Position numbers and translations under genes: made by a program. The notes under the pieces were generated by a model. The model searched no databases and was not told the DNA's origin. It saw only the letters and a list, made by a program, of their open reading frames with translations. Below are positions 1-13,100 of a stretch of 64,000 bases of DNA, piece by piece; the stretch's first letter is position 1, and the number at the start of each line of letters is the position of its first letter. The stretch comes from Raja brachyura. Lineage: Eukaryota. Where the stretch lies: contig OY740806.1 of assembly GCA_963514005.1 (NCBI GenBank), positions 23,374,001 through 23,438,000 of the forward strand. The letters run 5' to 3'.

Positions 1-2221
1 AGGGGATCAGAGGGTATGGAGAGGAGGCAGGTACGGGATACTAAGTTGGATGATCAGCCATGATCATATTGAATGGCGGTGCAGGCTCAAAGGGCCGAAT
101 GGCCTACTCCTGCACCTAATTTCTATGTTTCGATGTCTATTGGCAGTAGTATTGTTCCAGTTAACACTCTCAGTTCAACATTTTACCATCTTGTATCCAG
201 TGCAAGTAACAATGTACCTTCCAGAACCCAATATGTACCAGTGTGAATCATTCTGCACCTCTTATGAGGGGGGGGAGGTTATGGGGCGAAGGCAGGAGAA
301 TGGAGTTAGGAGGGAGAGATAGATCAGCAATGATTGAATGGCGGAGTAGACTTGATGGGGCCGAATGGTCTAATTCTACTCCTATTCCTTAATGACCTCT
401 TATCAGTGCTGTTGTTCTTGTCTATATTCTTGCCTTTGAAGCATGAATCCTATTTTGATTTGGTAGAATTCCTGTACTTGGATTACTACATTAATTCACA
501 CTGTCAATGGCCTACTAGATTAGTTACACAAATAATGATTTGATCATATTCAGAGCTGCACATTCACTGTGGGAAGGCTGACTGACCACGAGTGTTCTCC
601 AGGGTGGGCATCCAGTGTGATGACCTGAAGCCTTGTATGTGAACTTATGGGCAGCGACCTGGTGCCAGGGTCTCCCCTTTCCTCTTTCCGTGAAAGCAGG
701 TCACCTACATGCTTCTATCTTGGTGTGTTTTCCAGGATCACCTGCTGAGGTTCTAGTTTCTTGCTATAAATGCGAGCCACAGTATCGGATTGGGAAGTGA
801 GAGGGGCAAAGATGTTTACACAATCTTCAGCTTGTAAGTCAGAAGGGATCGTAGGATGAGGTGTAAGTGGTGCATAAGGACAATGTATTTTTTTTCAATG
901 AGCACAGTCACAATAATTACCATTCCATTGATGGTCAGCATTCTTTCCTCCGTTGTGCCTTTCTTTCCTGAAGGACGCTGCCCACTGCAGTTGAATAGTT
1001 GCCATTTCGCAAGCTGTGAAGATGTAGTTTGTTAAATGTGGATTCACCTCATTTATACAAGTGAATTACAAATTGGGCTTGAACCTCTCTTTGACTTTCA
1101 CTGGCTCCTTCTCCCGTTGTGCAGTTGTCTGATTGCGAGCTTCTGTTTGTGATTTTAATTTCATGCTCCTGAAACATATTACTGCAAATAATTGCACAGG
1201 TCTTCCTTGCCCTTACACCTCAACTCTTTGATATAAACCTCAGCAAAGACCTTCCTCATTGTTAGCTCCAACTATACGATAGGAAGTAGAACACAGCAAA
1301 GTACAGCACAGGAACAGGCCCTTAAGGTCACAATGATGTCAAACGATGATGTCGAACATGACGCCAAAATACACTCATCCGATCTGCATGCACACAGTCC
1401 ACAGCCCTCCATTCCCCACATATTCATGTGCCTATCTAAAAGCCGACACTTGTCTGCCCCCACCATCAACCCCAAATCGTTCCAGGCATCAACCATCTGT
1501 GCATTAAAATTTTACCTGCATATGTCCTTTTAAATGTTGCCTCTCTTACCTTTAAAGCTGTGCCCTCTGGTCTTTAACATTTCCACCGAGTGGGAAAATG
1601 GTTCTGACTGTCTACCCTATCTATGCCTCACTTAGCTTTCTATACTTCCATCAGGTTTCCCCTCAATCTCCAGTGTTCCAGAGAAAACATTCCCAGTTTG
1701 TCCAATATACCCTTGCGGCTAATGCCCTCTAATCCAGGCAGCATTCCGGTTAAAAACTGAGTTAGTTTGACCCAGTTAATGATAATTAATTCCCTGTTTG
1801 GCAAAATATCCACCAACCAAAAGTCACATGGTATGTGAAAGTCCAGAAGGTTAGATTTGGATACAAGACTGGAAGATTTGCCCGGAAATACAATCTGTCC
1901 AGTATTCATCTGGCATGAAAAGGAAGACCCAGGCTCAAAGGGACAGGAGTCTATTTAATCCCCTGGACTCACTCAAGCATTCCGTAAGATGATGGCTGAC
2001 TATTCATCCCTTTGCACCATATCACTGACACCAAATAAAAGTCCATTGATCACTGTCTTGAAAGCTTCAGTTGATAAGATCCAATAAGTTTATGTAGGGA
2101 AGGATGTCTCAGTACAGATCGTTCAGCCCATGTCTGCTCGGTTTGGGTCAGGTTTATGTTCTGATCAATTATTTGGATTCAGAATGGGCCCTGCAATGCC
2201 CCACCTTACCACACAGTGTGT

Positions 2222-2365
2222 CCAGCTCTACCATGCCTGACTACATTTTGTGCAGGTCTACGACACTAGTCTATATTGTATGCACCTGAACCACACTGGT
2301 CCACATTGTGTACAGCTCTACCACACTGGTCCAGATTGGGTCTAGCAATAATGCACTGGTCCAGC
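2222..2365 (+). repeat. Degenerate ~30-bp tandem repeat (cagctctaccacactggtccacattgtgta)
   Basis: About five imperfect units visible. Confidence 0.65.
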
Positions 2366-3246
2366 CTGTTCAGGATGGTTTGGGGCTGTATCCCGATCCT
2401 AATCATCAGTGTTTCACCCTCCAAGTCTATTTGGGGTTGCTGTATTTAGAGTGATGCTGGGTTTGGTTGTTCTCAGGTGGGGGCGTAATGTTATATCTGA
2501 GCAAACTATCAACTTGTACTTGATCTATCGCTTTTCTGTGATGGAGGGTCTGCAATCTTCACAATCTCTGCTTCGCCCAGGTTGTCCCGTGAAGGGATAA
2601 AGGCAGTGAAAGGGATTAGCCCCAGCTGCCAAACAACAGGGCTTCCATAGCTTTCTGTCATTTCCCCACCCCAGCTAAGGTTTATATAATGATAAAAAAC
2701 ATAAAGGACTGGATTCACTTGGCATCTATGGACTGAGCAGCCAGACTATATTTGGGGGCAGGGCCCTTCTACAGACTGATTATAATAGGGGGAAGAAAAC
2801 TTGGAAGGGGGGGGTGGGCAGGCCAGAATCTGGCGAGTGGGACAAAGACACACAACGCTGGAGTATCTCAGTGGGCCAGTGGGCAGCATCTCTGGAGAAG
2901 TTGGATACATGATGTTTTGGGTCGGTGCCGTGCTTCAGACACAGCGAGTGATAGGTGGATACAGGTGAGTGGGATTTGACTGGTAGATGGGTATATGTGG
3001 AAGATGAATGTGCTAAAGGTGGAAATGAGGCAAAAGTGTGTCCGATAAGTAAATAAGGAGGAAGAGTGAAATCTAAAGCCGGGGGGGAGATAAATGTGGT
3101 GGGGGAATGGGGTGGTGATGGGAGGGGGTGGTCGGGAGGGACACTGCGCACTGGGAAGAGAGAGAGGGGTTCGGGGATTGTGTCTCCGCTAAAGGCTCTC
3201 ACTGGGCGTGTCTTCCATCCGCCGAGTCTTCAAAGGAAAGTGTGGG

Positions 3247-3485
3247 AAAGAACTGCAGATGCTGGTTTATACCGAAGATAGACACATAGTGCTGGAGTAA
3301 TTCAGTGGGCAAGCAGCATCTCTGGAGGACATGGATAGGTGACGTTTTGGGTCGGAACCCGTGTACAGACTGAAAGATCTCTCTTCGTTCTTTCCGTCTG
3401 AAAAGGGGTTCCTCTTCCTCTTCCTCTTCCTCCAGAGATGCTGCCCGGCCCGCTGAGTTACTCCAATATTTAGTGTCTATCTTTA
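3247..3485. repeat. Inverted pair of Penelope-derived terminal repeats. Same family also at ~2845-2945, 4670-4880, 6115-6155, 6490-6585, 6742-6960, 7472-7905, 10177-10300, 11211-11300, 13905-14000, 14762-14930, 16260-16390, 19525-19705, 24262-24428, 28955-29065, 31345-31435, 33578-33700, 38242-38705, 39775-39855, 41277-41445, 61175-61230
   Basis: Recurring motif aaggaactgcagatgctgg...acacaaaatgctggagtaactcagcgggtcaggcagcatctctggag...gtgacgtttcgggtcgagacccttcttcag, frequently head-to-head with its reverse complement. Confidence 0.8.
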
Positions 3486-3542
3486 AAGGAAGGCAGCAGG
3501 AGACGGGATCCTATTTAACCAGTGGTCTCTTGTGTCTCTCAG

Positions 3543-4141
3543 CGCTGCCGTGCCCCGAGAACAGCCACTTTGCCGAGTGCACCACGGCGTGCCCGCTCAC
3601 CTGCCAGTCCATGCAGCAAGATGCGGACTGCCACCTGCCCTGTGTGGAAGGCTGCCAGTGTGACCCAGGCTTCGCTCTGAAGGGCGGCCGCTGCATCGCC
3701 ATGAACGAGTGCGGCTGCGTCTACGACGGCTCCGAGGTGGCGAGCAACGAGACCTTCTGGGCGGACAGCGACTGCCAGACCCGCTGCTTCTGCAACGGCA
3801 CCGACAACGGGGTTTACTGCGAGAGCGGCCCCTGCCGCGCCGACCACTTCTGCTCCCACCGGGCCGGCCTGTTCCACTGCCTGGCCCGCGCCGAGGCGCT
3901 GTGCATCGTGTCCGGCTACAGCCACTACTACACCTTCGACACGCTGGGCTACGAGCTGCAGAGCACCTGTCGCCACGTCGTCAGCACGGTGGCCGCCGGC
4001 TCGCCTCACCTGCCCCACTACCTGATCCAGGCCAGGAATGAAGACCGCAACACGTCGCTCGCCCTGTGGCTGCGGGAGGTGGAAATCACAGTGTACGGTT
4101 ACAACATCAGCGTGGCCAAGAGCTACAAGCACACAGTGATG
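3543..4141 (+). CDS. TECTA: TECTA exon: TIL domain, VWC-like linker and start of VWD3 ([12 protein letters not shown]...SYKHTVM)
   Basis: ctctcAG acceptor at 3541-3542, GTGAG donor at 4142; Cys pattern of TIL; [16 protein letters not shown] start. Confidence 0.93.
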
Positions 4142-7100
4142 GTGAGCGAGGGGGGGGGGGGGGGGGGCAAATGCAAGAGGGAGGGGAGTTTGAGGGACTT
4201 CCTGACTGGAAGAAGCATGAGATCTCGGGTCAGTGATACAGTTGGTCAGCAAAATGGGGACACCAGGACAACAATTTGAAAAAAACCACTTATTTCTGAT
4301 GTGGGTGTGGCTGGTGAATTCAGGTTAAAGGTTGGTCCCTGATCGCGAAGGGCTGGAATCGGGAATGGCAAAGGGATAAAATATGGGAGGACCAGGAGCG
4401 AGAGGAACACAGGAGCTAAGGGTTACCTCCAATTGAAAGAGTCTAAGCGGCTGGTCCCCTAGTATGCATTGGACCTCACCCAGGTAGCGGAGGAGACAGA
4501 GAATGGACTGATCTGTCACCTTGCAACACGTGATGCAGTTACAATATTCAAAAGACTTTTCGATAGGTCCATGGTTAGAGAAGGTGTCGAGGGAAGTGGG
4601 TCAAATAGAACCAGCACAGGAAAACATTCAGTTCTGGTGCAGTGTCTCGATAATTGCTTCCCCTCCTCAGATGCTGCATGACCCGCTGCATTCCTTCAGC
4701 AGATCTCTTGCTGCAGAAACAAGGAACTGCAGGTGCTGGTTAATACACAAAGTGTTGGAGCAACTCAGCAGGTCAAGCAGCCTCCCTGGAGAACATGGAT
4801 GGGTGACGTTTTGGGTTGAGGTGGTTGAAGATCGCTTGTAGCTCCAGATCCCAGTGCCCGCAATCTCTTGTGTCTCATAGTAAAGGGGCTGTCCCACTTG
4901 GGCGACCTAATCCGCGAGTTCTGGCGTGTTTGCCCTCAACATCCTCACAGCATGGTCGACACGAGGTCGTAGGAGGTCTTTGTAACTCTCCTTCATGCTC
5001 GAGAGTAGTCCCCGTGTACTCGAGGCCTCAGCTAGGTCGCGGCGTATTTTGCAACATGTTGAAAAATGCCCGCGAGTAAAAAAAGGTTGTCGTGGGAAAA
5101 AATCGATACTTTTATTTACTCGTAGGTTTAGTCGTAATAGGTCGGCATGTTAGTCATAGGTAATCGAGGGTAGTCGAAGGTAGTCATAGATAGTCTTCAT
5201 CATAGTGATAGGGAGATCGAAGAAGGTCATCTTCACTCTCCACTATTCGGTGCCCAATTTTCCCGAAGTTAGTTGTAGCTAGTCTTCAACATAGTCGGAG
5301 GAGGTCCTCTACATGACATTTTTTCAAACACTTCTAAACTCGCCACTTAGGTCGCCCAATTGGGACAACCCCTTTACAGTTCCTACTGCCAAACAATAAC
5401 AACCGTTCTTATATGAAGTGTGAGAATGTGATCATAGAGGGGTGTGGGTGCCGACAGTCTCTGGCCTTACTCATGATGGACCTTTTCCTCTCCACAGGTG
5501 AATGATGAGCGCCTCTACCTGCCCCTGCGACTGGGCAATGGTCAGGTCAACCTCTACTCGTTCGGCTTCTACATGGTGCTGGAGACCGACTTTGGGCTCA
5601 AGGTGATGTACGACTGGGACACGCTGCTGGCAGTGACGGTGCCCCGAGCTTTCTCCAACGCCACGCGGGGTCTGTGCGGCCAGTTCAATGGCGAACCGGG
5701 GGACGAGCTCCAGACCCCTGGCGGAGAGCCGGCCGGCAGCCTGCTGGAGTTTGTGAGCAGCTGGGCAGTCGGCGGCACTTCCTTCTGCCAACCGGGCTGC
5801 AGCCGGGGCTGCCCTTCCTGCGACCGGGTGCTCAGCCTCCCCCTCCAAACGCAGCAGCTCTGCGCTCTGATCGTGTCCAAGGACAACCTGTTCAACCGCT
5901 GCCACGGCAGAGTCAACCCCACCTTCTTCTACCACAACTGCATCTTCGACTCGTGCATCGACCGCGGCAACAGGGAGACGGCCTGCAAGTGGCTGCAGAA
6001 CTACGGCAGCACCTGCCAGGCTCAGGGGGTGTTGATGCAAGGCTGGAGGAACATCACCAGCTGCTGTAAGTCCCGGCACCCAGGCGCAGAGTCCCACTCT
6101 CACTTAGTTTAAGAAGGTAGACACAAAATGCTGGAGTAACTCAGCGCGTCAGGCAACAGAATCCTACAGTGGGGAAACAGGCAATTTGGCCCAACTTGCC
6201 CACACCCGCCAACATGTCCCATGTACAATAGTCCCACCTGCCTACATTTGGCCCATATCCTTCCAAACCCGCCCTATCCATGTACCTGTCCAATAGTTTC
6301 TCAAATGTTGCAATAGTCCCTGCCTCAACTACTTCTTCTGGCAGCTCGATCCATACACCCACCACCCTTTGTGTGGGGAACCACCCCCCCCCCCCCCCCT
6401 CAGATTCCTATTAAATCTTCCCCCATTCACCTTAAACTGACGTCCTCTATTTCTATATACCAAAGTCCTACTCTTATTTACTTGAACAAGATAGATGCAA
6501 GATGTTGGAGTAATTCAGCGGGCCAGGCAACATCTCTGGAGAAAGGAATAGGTGACGTTTCAGGTCGAGACTGTTCATCAACTCTTATTTAGTTTAGATT
6601 ATCATTGCCACGTGAATGAATGAATACTTCATTGTCACATGACAAGTGACAGAAATTATTTGCTGACATATCCAAGGTATGCAAATAATCGCTGATAAAG
6701 GGCACTTACAACGTTGCACCAAGGTACAGTGGAAATAACTACAAAGAACTGCGGATGCTGGTCAATACACAAACTGACACAAAGGGCAGGAGTAACTCAG
6801 CAGGTCAGGCAGCAACCCTGGAGAACATGGACAGGTGGCGTCTCCGGTTGAGACCCTCTTCAGCGCCTGCAGGTACTGGCATCTGGAATAACAAGCTATC
6901 TTCAGACTTCTTGATCCGAGCACCACCTATCCATGTTCTCCAGAGATGCATCCACTATTTTTAGGAAGTTATTTATAATAACCCCCTTTCATATAGTGAC
7001 ATATAATTGTCCCCTTGATGTATATTATTGAATTGGAAAGGTATTGTAAACTGCCGTTGGATGCTGGATTATTAGATTGCATTGCACAACGAGATGAAAC

Positions 7101-10100
7101 TGTTCTTGTGTCGGGAACAGTGCTTTACTATGAGAACTAAAACTGCTTGGGCCATTCAGCATGTTTTGTGCTGTTTATATACAGGGTGCCCAACAGCTGT
7201 TGGTGAGTGGTGCCAACATTGCCTGTAGTTCATGTGAGTTATGATTAGTCTAGCAGATGCACCATTATTTTTTAATTATTATTGAATGTGTTGAGAATAT
7301 TATACTGTGTTGGAAAAAAACCCCAGAAACAATACAGCAAAGCAATCAAATATTGGATTGAAATGTATTCCGGATGGATTGTTTTGCAGTTATTGGATAA
7401 CCAGGTTATTACATTGCTGTTACAGAACGGGATTCCTACTCCCATTTCCTAGGTGCTTATAGAGTTGAAACAAGGAACTGCAGATGCTGGTTGATTCAAA
7501 AGAACACACAGTGTTGGAGTAACTCAGTGGATCAGGCAGCACCCCTGGAGAACACGGACAGGTGATATTTGGGTCGGTACCCCTTTTCAGACGGTTTATA
7601 GGAGGTGCGGGAAAGAAAGATGGGAGAGAGGAGCCAGGGCAAAGCCTGGCAGGTATCAGTCTGAAGAAAGATCTCGATCCGAAACGTCACCTGCTCCTTC
7701 TCTCCAGAGATGATGCCTGTCTTCTACTTCTTGCACATGGTGTGCACAGCCTCAAGTTGTCGGTCAACTTGTTCTATTTGATCTTGTTTGTGCACGTTGG
7801 GTTGATTGCATTAGTCGAAACAGGATGGACCACGTGAAGGTTGCAATCTCCCACCCCAATGATGCCTGTCCCGCTGAGTTACTCCAGCATTTTGTGTCTA
7901 TCTTGGGTATTGGGTGAGCACATGCCAAATTATAGACAACAAATTCTGTGCCTTTAATTTGGGAACCTAATCCGAGAGCCTTTTGGCTAGGGCTCCTGGT
8001 CTTTATAGTGGTTAATTGGAGTTATTTCTAACTATTATTTGGTTCCCAATCTGCTTCATCTAATGAATGAATGGAGATATGAATCTGATAAAGCATTTAT
8101 GCAGTACATTATTGTATACGCCATACAATATCGCTTCATAATTGAATAATACAAGTTAATTTACATTGTAGAAATCTTTCATGGTCTCGAGCATTAAACA
8201 GTTTTTATAGAGTGGAAAGCAAATGATCACAAAAGAGGAAACTGATGTTTTTGGTAAAGGATTTCTATGTGATCCTCTTTCACACAGTGATCACTTGTCC
8301 TGCAAACAGCCACTACGAGAGCTGCATGTCAGTGTGCCAGCCACGATGTTCCACATTCAAAATCCACCAGGACTGTAACCATTACTGTGTGGAGGGATGT
8401 CAGTGCAACGATGGCTTCCTGCTCAACGGCAGAACGTGTATCCTGCCCCAGGACTGCGGCTGCGTGGCAGAGGACAAATACTATGAGGTACGTAGCAAAG
8501 CCCCTCAGTAAGCAGAAGCATGTTTCTTGCCTTCATTGTTGATGACTGAATTGGTCGACAGAGTTGGGCAGAGAGAAACTTTTTTTTCTCTCTTGAGGTT
8601 GTCCTAAACAAAAAGAGGTGGGGTGGGGGAGAGAGGGGTGCATAACTTTAAAGTTCGAGCCACCATTAGTCAGAGGTGGTTGGGAAATGTATTCTCACGC
8701 AAAGTGTAATGGAAATGTCAAACTCCAAGAAGTGCTGGAAGTCGGTTGATGATTTCAGAAACTATTCATACTTTTTGTAAGTAAAGATACAAAGAGTCAT
8801 TTACTTAAGGGAGGTAAATGGAGTTGATCTATATTATCTAGTTGATGATCAAACGTCAGAAATATCCTCCTGTTCCTAAACATGATGCATACATTTATAT
8901 AGTTACACAGCACAAACGGGCCCTTTGTCCCAACTTATCCATGTTGATCAATCCCATTTGCCTGTTCTTGCTTCATATTGCTCCAAACCTTTCTTATACA
9001 TCCATGCACCTGTCCAAATGTCCTTTAAATGCACCATTCTCTGCCACTCCTGCAGGCAGCTTGTTCCATACTCGCCACCCTCTGTGTGGAAACACGTGCC
9101 TATCCGTTCCCCCTTTTAAATCTTTCCCCTCTCACCTTCAACCTATGCCCTCCAGTTTTAGACTCCCCTACCCCAAAGACTTAACTATTTATGCCTTTTC
9201 ATAATTGTATAAACTATTATAAGGTTAGGCCAAGAATTATTAGAAATCCACATTCTTAGATTGCCTCATGTCTTGATCTTGCATCATGTAGGGTTGGCGT
9301 GGTGCTTTCTGCTTCCTGTATCGTTTGGATGCTAATGTTGGTCCGGGTTCTGCTTGTTGCTGGAGTTGGCCTCCGGTTTCGCTCACTGTCCTTCTGTCTT
9401 TCTCAGGCTGGGCAGTTCTTCTGGAACACAAACTGCTCCAAACACTGCCGGTGCATGGGTCGCAATATGGTGCAGTGTGACTCGCGTCAGTGCAAGAGCG
9501 AGGAGCTGTGCTCGCTCCGCAATGGCATCAGAGGCTGTTACAGCAGCAAGAACTCCCACTGCATCGCTGCAGGAGGGGGCATATTCCAGACCTTTGATGG
9601 AGCTTTTCTACGATTTCCTGCTGCCTGCTCATTTGTCCTCTCCACAATCTGTCATAAACTTCCAGATATCTCTTTCCAACTGATCGTAAACTTTGACAAA
9701 TGGAGTATGCCGAACATGACGCTGATCTCCCCGGTTTACCTTTACATCAACGAGGAACAGATCCTCATCTCAGGAAATGCTGTCCAGGTAAGCAGTGGTG
9801 GCCTCAAACCACTGAAAGATCATCAACTAAACCATCAACTGTGTTTCATTTTCCACAGACGCTACCTGCCGTGCTGAATGGTTTCTGCAATCTTATATTT
9901 ATTTCAGGTTTCTTGCATTTGTTTATTTTTGATTTTCAAACACTGGTATTCATTTCCAGACAAACTCATTCACTCTGACATCCATTCTCTACGATATTTG
10001 CCATCTCTCACACATTCTCATCCACTATTATGCTTTCCTGGTCACAATTTCTGACGCAGTGCAAAGCTAACACAATTCCTCACTTTGGCTTCTCTCTTAC

Positions 10101-13100
10101 TTTGTTAATTCTCTTCTTACTCTCGCCCTTCCGTTTCTCACTTTTTTGGTCTCACATTAATCCTCACCCGGTGTTAAGAAGGAACTGCAGATGCTGGAAA
10201 ATCGAAGGTAGACAAAAGTGCTGGAGAAACTCAGCAGGTGCAGCAGCATCTATGGAGCGAAGGAAATAGGCAACGTTTCGGGTCGAAACCATTCTTCAGA
10301 CAGTCTTCAGATCCTCACACAGTCACCCTTTATTCTTTTACATTCAAGTACTTGCATGATGCTTGTTTGAGAGGTAGTTCCAGGATTTGGATCCAGCCAT
10401 CAAGAAATAGCAGTGATATACCCAAGCAGGAAGTGGTGTGATTGGAATGAATGCTGTAATCGTGATGTTCCAGTGTTCCTCTCGCCATTGTCCAAATCGT
10501 GGAACTCTCTCTCAAACAAGTATCATGTGAGTTGGCACCATTGAGCAGAATGGGCAAGTAACTGCAGTGCATTTTAATGAAAGCAGCAAGTGGAGTGTGT
10601 TCCTATAACAGTGGCTAACATTATTGTGTTTTTGTGTGTACTTTTTTTCATTGTACCGCTGCTGGCAAATTCATTTCACTTGCACTTTTATAAAACTGAT
10701 ATTGATATTGGACACTATCCTATTCATCAGGTGAATGGAACCCCAGTCACGATTCCTGTTGTCACAGCGCTAACAAAGATCTCAACAGCTGAGGGATTCC
10801 TGATCATTGATACCGTTCAAGGTATTCAGATCCAGTACAACTGGTTTAATTTGCTGTCTATCAGGATGGGCGAACGACTGCAGAACAAGGTGTGCGGTCT
10901 GTGTGGAAACTTCAATGGGAATCCCAATGACGACGACTTAAGTTCACGAGGAAAACCCACGGAAACGATCCTGGAGTTGGCAAAGAGCTGGAAAACCAAT
11001 GGCATGCAGAACAGGTAAAAATCCCCTCTGTCTCAGGCAGATGGATGTATCGGGCTGAAATCAGTTAGAGCTATTACAGTTTGCTCTCGATTCTGACCCT
11101 GCCAGAGTTCCCAATGTCAGTCCCGTGTTTAAAAACCAGTGTATGAAAATTTCCAGAGAACAGGTGCTCATAGACTGAAGCAGAGGTTAAAGACACTTTG
11201 AAAATAGATAGAAGGGTCTCTACCCGAAACGTCGCCTATCTCCTTCGCTCCTTAGATGCTGCTGCACCCGCTGAGTTTCTCCAGCTTTTTGTGTAACCCT
11301 TGAAAATATACCTTGTTGACGGTCTCTTCTTGAGAAAGGCTTCAGTGGCCTGGATTTAATACTCCATCCTATAATTTGTATTGCATTTATGTTGTTTCAC
11401 TAACAGAATAGAAATCCCTATCCCCAGCCTCGTAGCTGCAGCAACTTTAATTTATAAACTTTCCCCCTTGTTCTGATTAGTTTAGTATAGTTTAAGGATA
11501 CAGCATGGAAACAGGCCCTTCACCGAGTCCTTGCCGACCAATGATCACACATACGCTAATTCCATCCCACACACTAGGAACAATTTACAGAAGCCAATTG
11601 ACCTACAAACCTGCACGTCTTTGCAATGTGGCAGGAAACCGGTGTACCCGGAGAAAACCCACGTGGTAGAAACTCCATACAGAGAGCACCCATAGCTAGA
11701 ATCACATCCAGGTCTCTGGCATTGTAAGGCAGCAACAACACCACTGCAAAATTCCCGATCTTGGTTCAAATGAAAGACCTAGAGACTCTGGAAGTTCAGA
11801 AGTTGTCGAGTACAATTTGGCCATTCGACCCATCAAGTCTACTTTGCCATTCAAACATGGCTGATCTATCTTTTCCTTCTCAACCCATTTCTCCTGCTTT
11901 TAACCCCATAACCCCTGACACCCATACTAATCAAGAATCTATTTATCTCTGCCTTAAAAATCCATTGACTTGGCCTCCACAGCCTTCTGTGGCAATGAAT
12001 TCTGCAGATTCACCATCCCCTGACTGAAGAAATTCCTCCTCATCTCCTTTCTAAAGTTGCGTTATTCTATTCTGAGGCTATGGCCTCTGGTCCTAGACTC
12101 TCCCACTAGTGGAAACATCCTCTCCGCATCCACTCTATCCAGGCCTTTGACGATTTGATAAGTTTCAATGGGGTCTCCCCTCATCTTTCTAAGTTCGCCC
12201 AGGTCTTGCAAGATTCAAATAGTCTGTATAGAGCATTTGTGAGGTGGAGGGGGTTTGGGTTGAATGCAAGTTGTCTTGTCCCTTTGGATACTGAATGCAC
12301 ACATCCCCTCCCACAGCTGTGATGAAGAGCAGTACACAACCTTATCCCTCACCTGTGATAATCGGGACATCATCCGGCTGCAGAATGAGGGAAGCTGCCT
12401 GAAACTTACGGAAATGAAAGGTTTCTTCCAGCCGTGTTATGGATTCATCAACCCGGTGCCGTTTTATGAGTCCTGTGGAATGGATGCCTGCTACTGGGAC
12501 AAGAGGTCCCAAATCTGCAGCTCGCTGGCAGCGTATGGAGAGGCCTGTCGTTCGCTGGGGATCCTGAGCACTGACTGGATTAGGCGGGAAAACTGCTGTA
12601 AGGAGAAGCTGGTAACATTGGAGGCCAGGGTCAGGGGTCAGATCTCCGAGTTCCCCCTGGGGTCAGGGTCGGGTGTTTCCCTTCTCCAGCCTTCCCTTCA
12701 GGTACGGCTTCAGGATGACATTCTCCCCTGGGTTGGGGCCTTGATCTCCCTCGAGGGTCTGAGTTTCAAGCTTCAAGCTCTCGCTGTGAGGGGACTTCAG
12801 GTACCTGAGCTACCCCTGGAGTTGGGGTTCAGGGCTCCGATCACTTGACTGCGGTGAAGGTTCATGGGACTGAACTCCTCCCGGGGTTTATAGTTCAGGG
12901 CTCCCTTCACCTCCTGGGTTTGGAGCTCAGCTCTCTGATCGCCCCCTGGAGAGGGGGTGTTGTATTCCTGTGTTCTCCCCTTGGAGAGGAGTGTAGTTCA
13001 GAGACTGATGAACCCTTGGATCAGGGTTTGGGAATTCTCATTTCCTCTTGGGCAGTGCTTTTGACTGAGTGAATGGGTCTTTTTTTTCAGATTTATTGAT

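Noticed and set aside
540-3500. Search for a further upstream TECTA exon
   Set aside because: No Cys-rich VWD/C8-like frame with splice sites found; the preceding exon must lie before the window
3539-6103. Long antisense and alternate-frame ORFs (237 aa at 3539-4252, 210 aa at 5471-6103, 110-131 aa on +)
   Set aside because: Shadow ORFs of GC3-rich TECTA exons; low-complexity Ala/Val/Arg composition with no domain motifs
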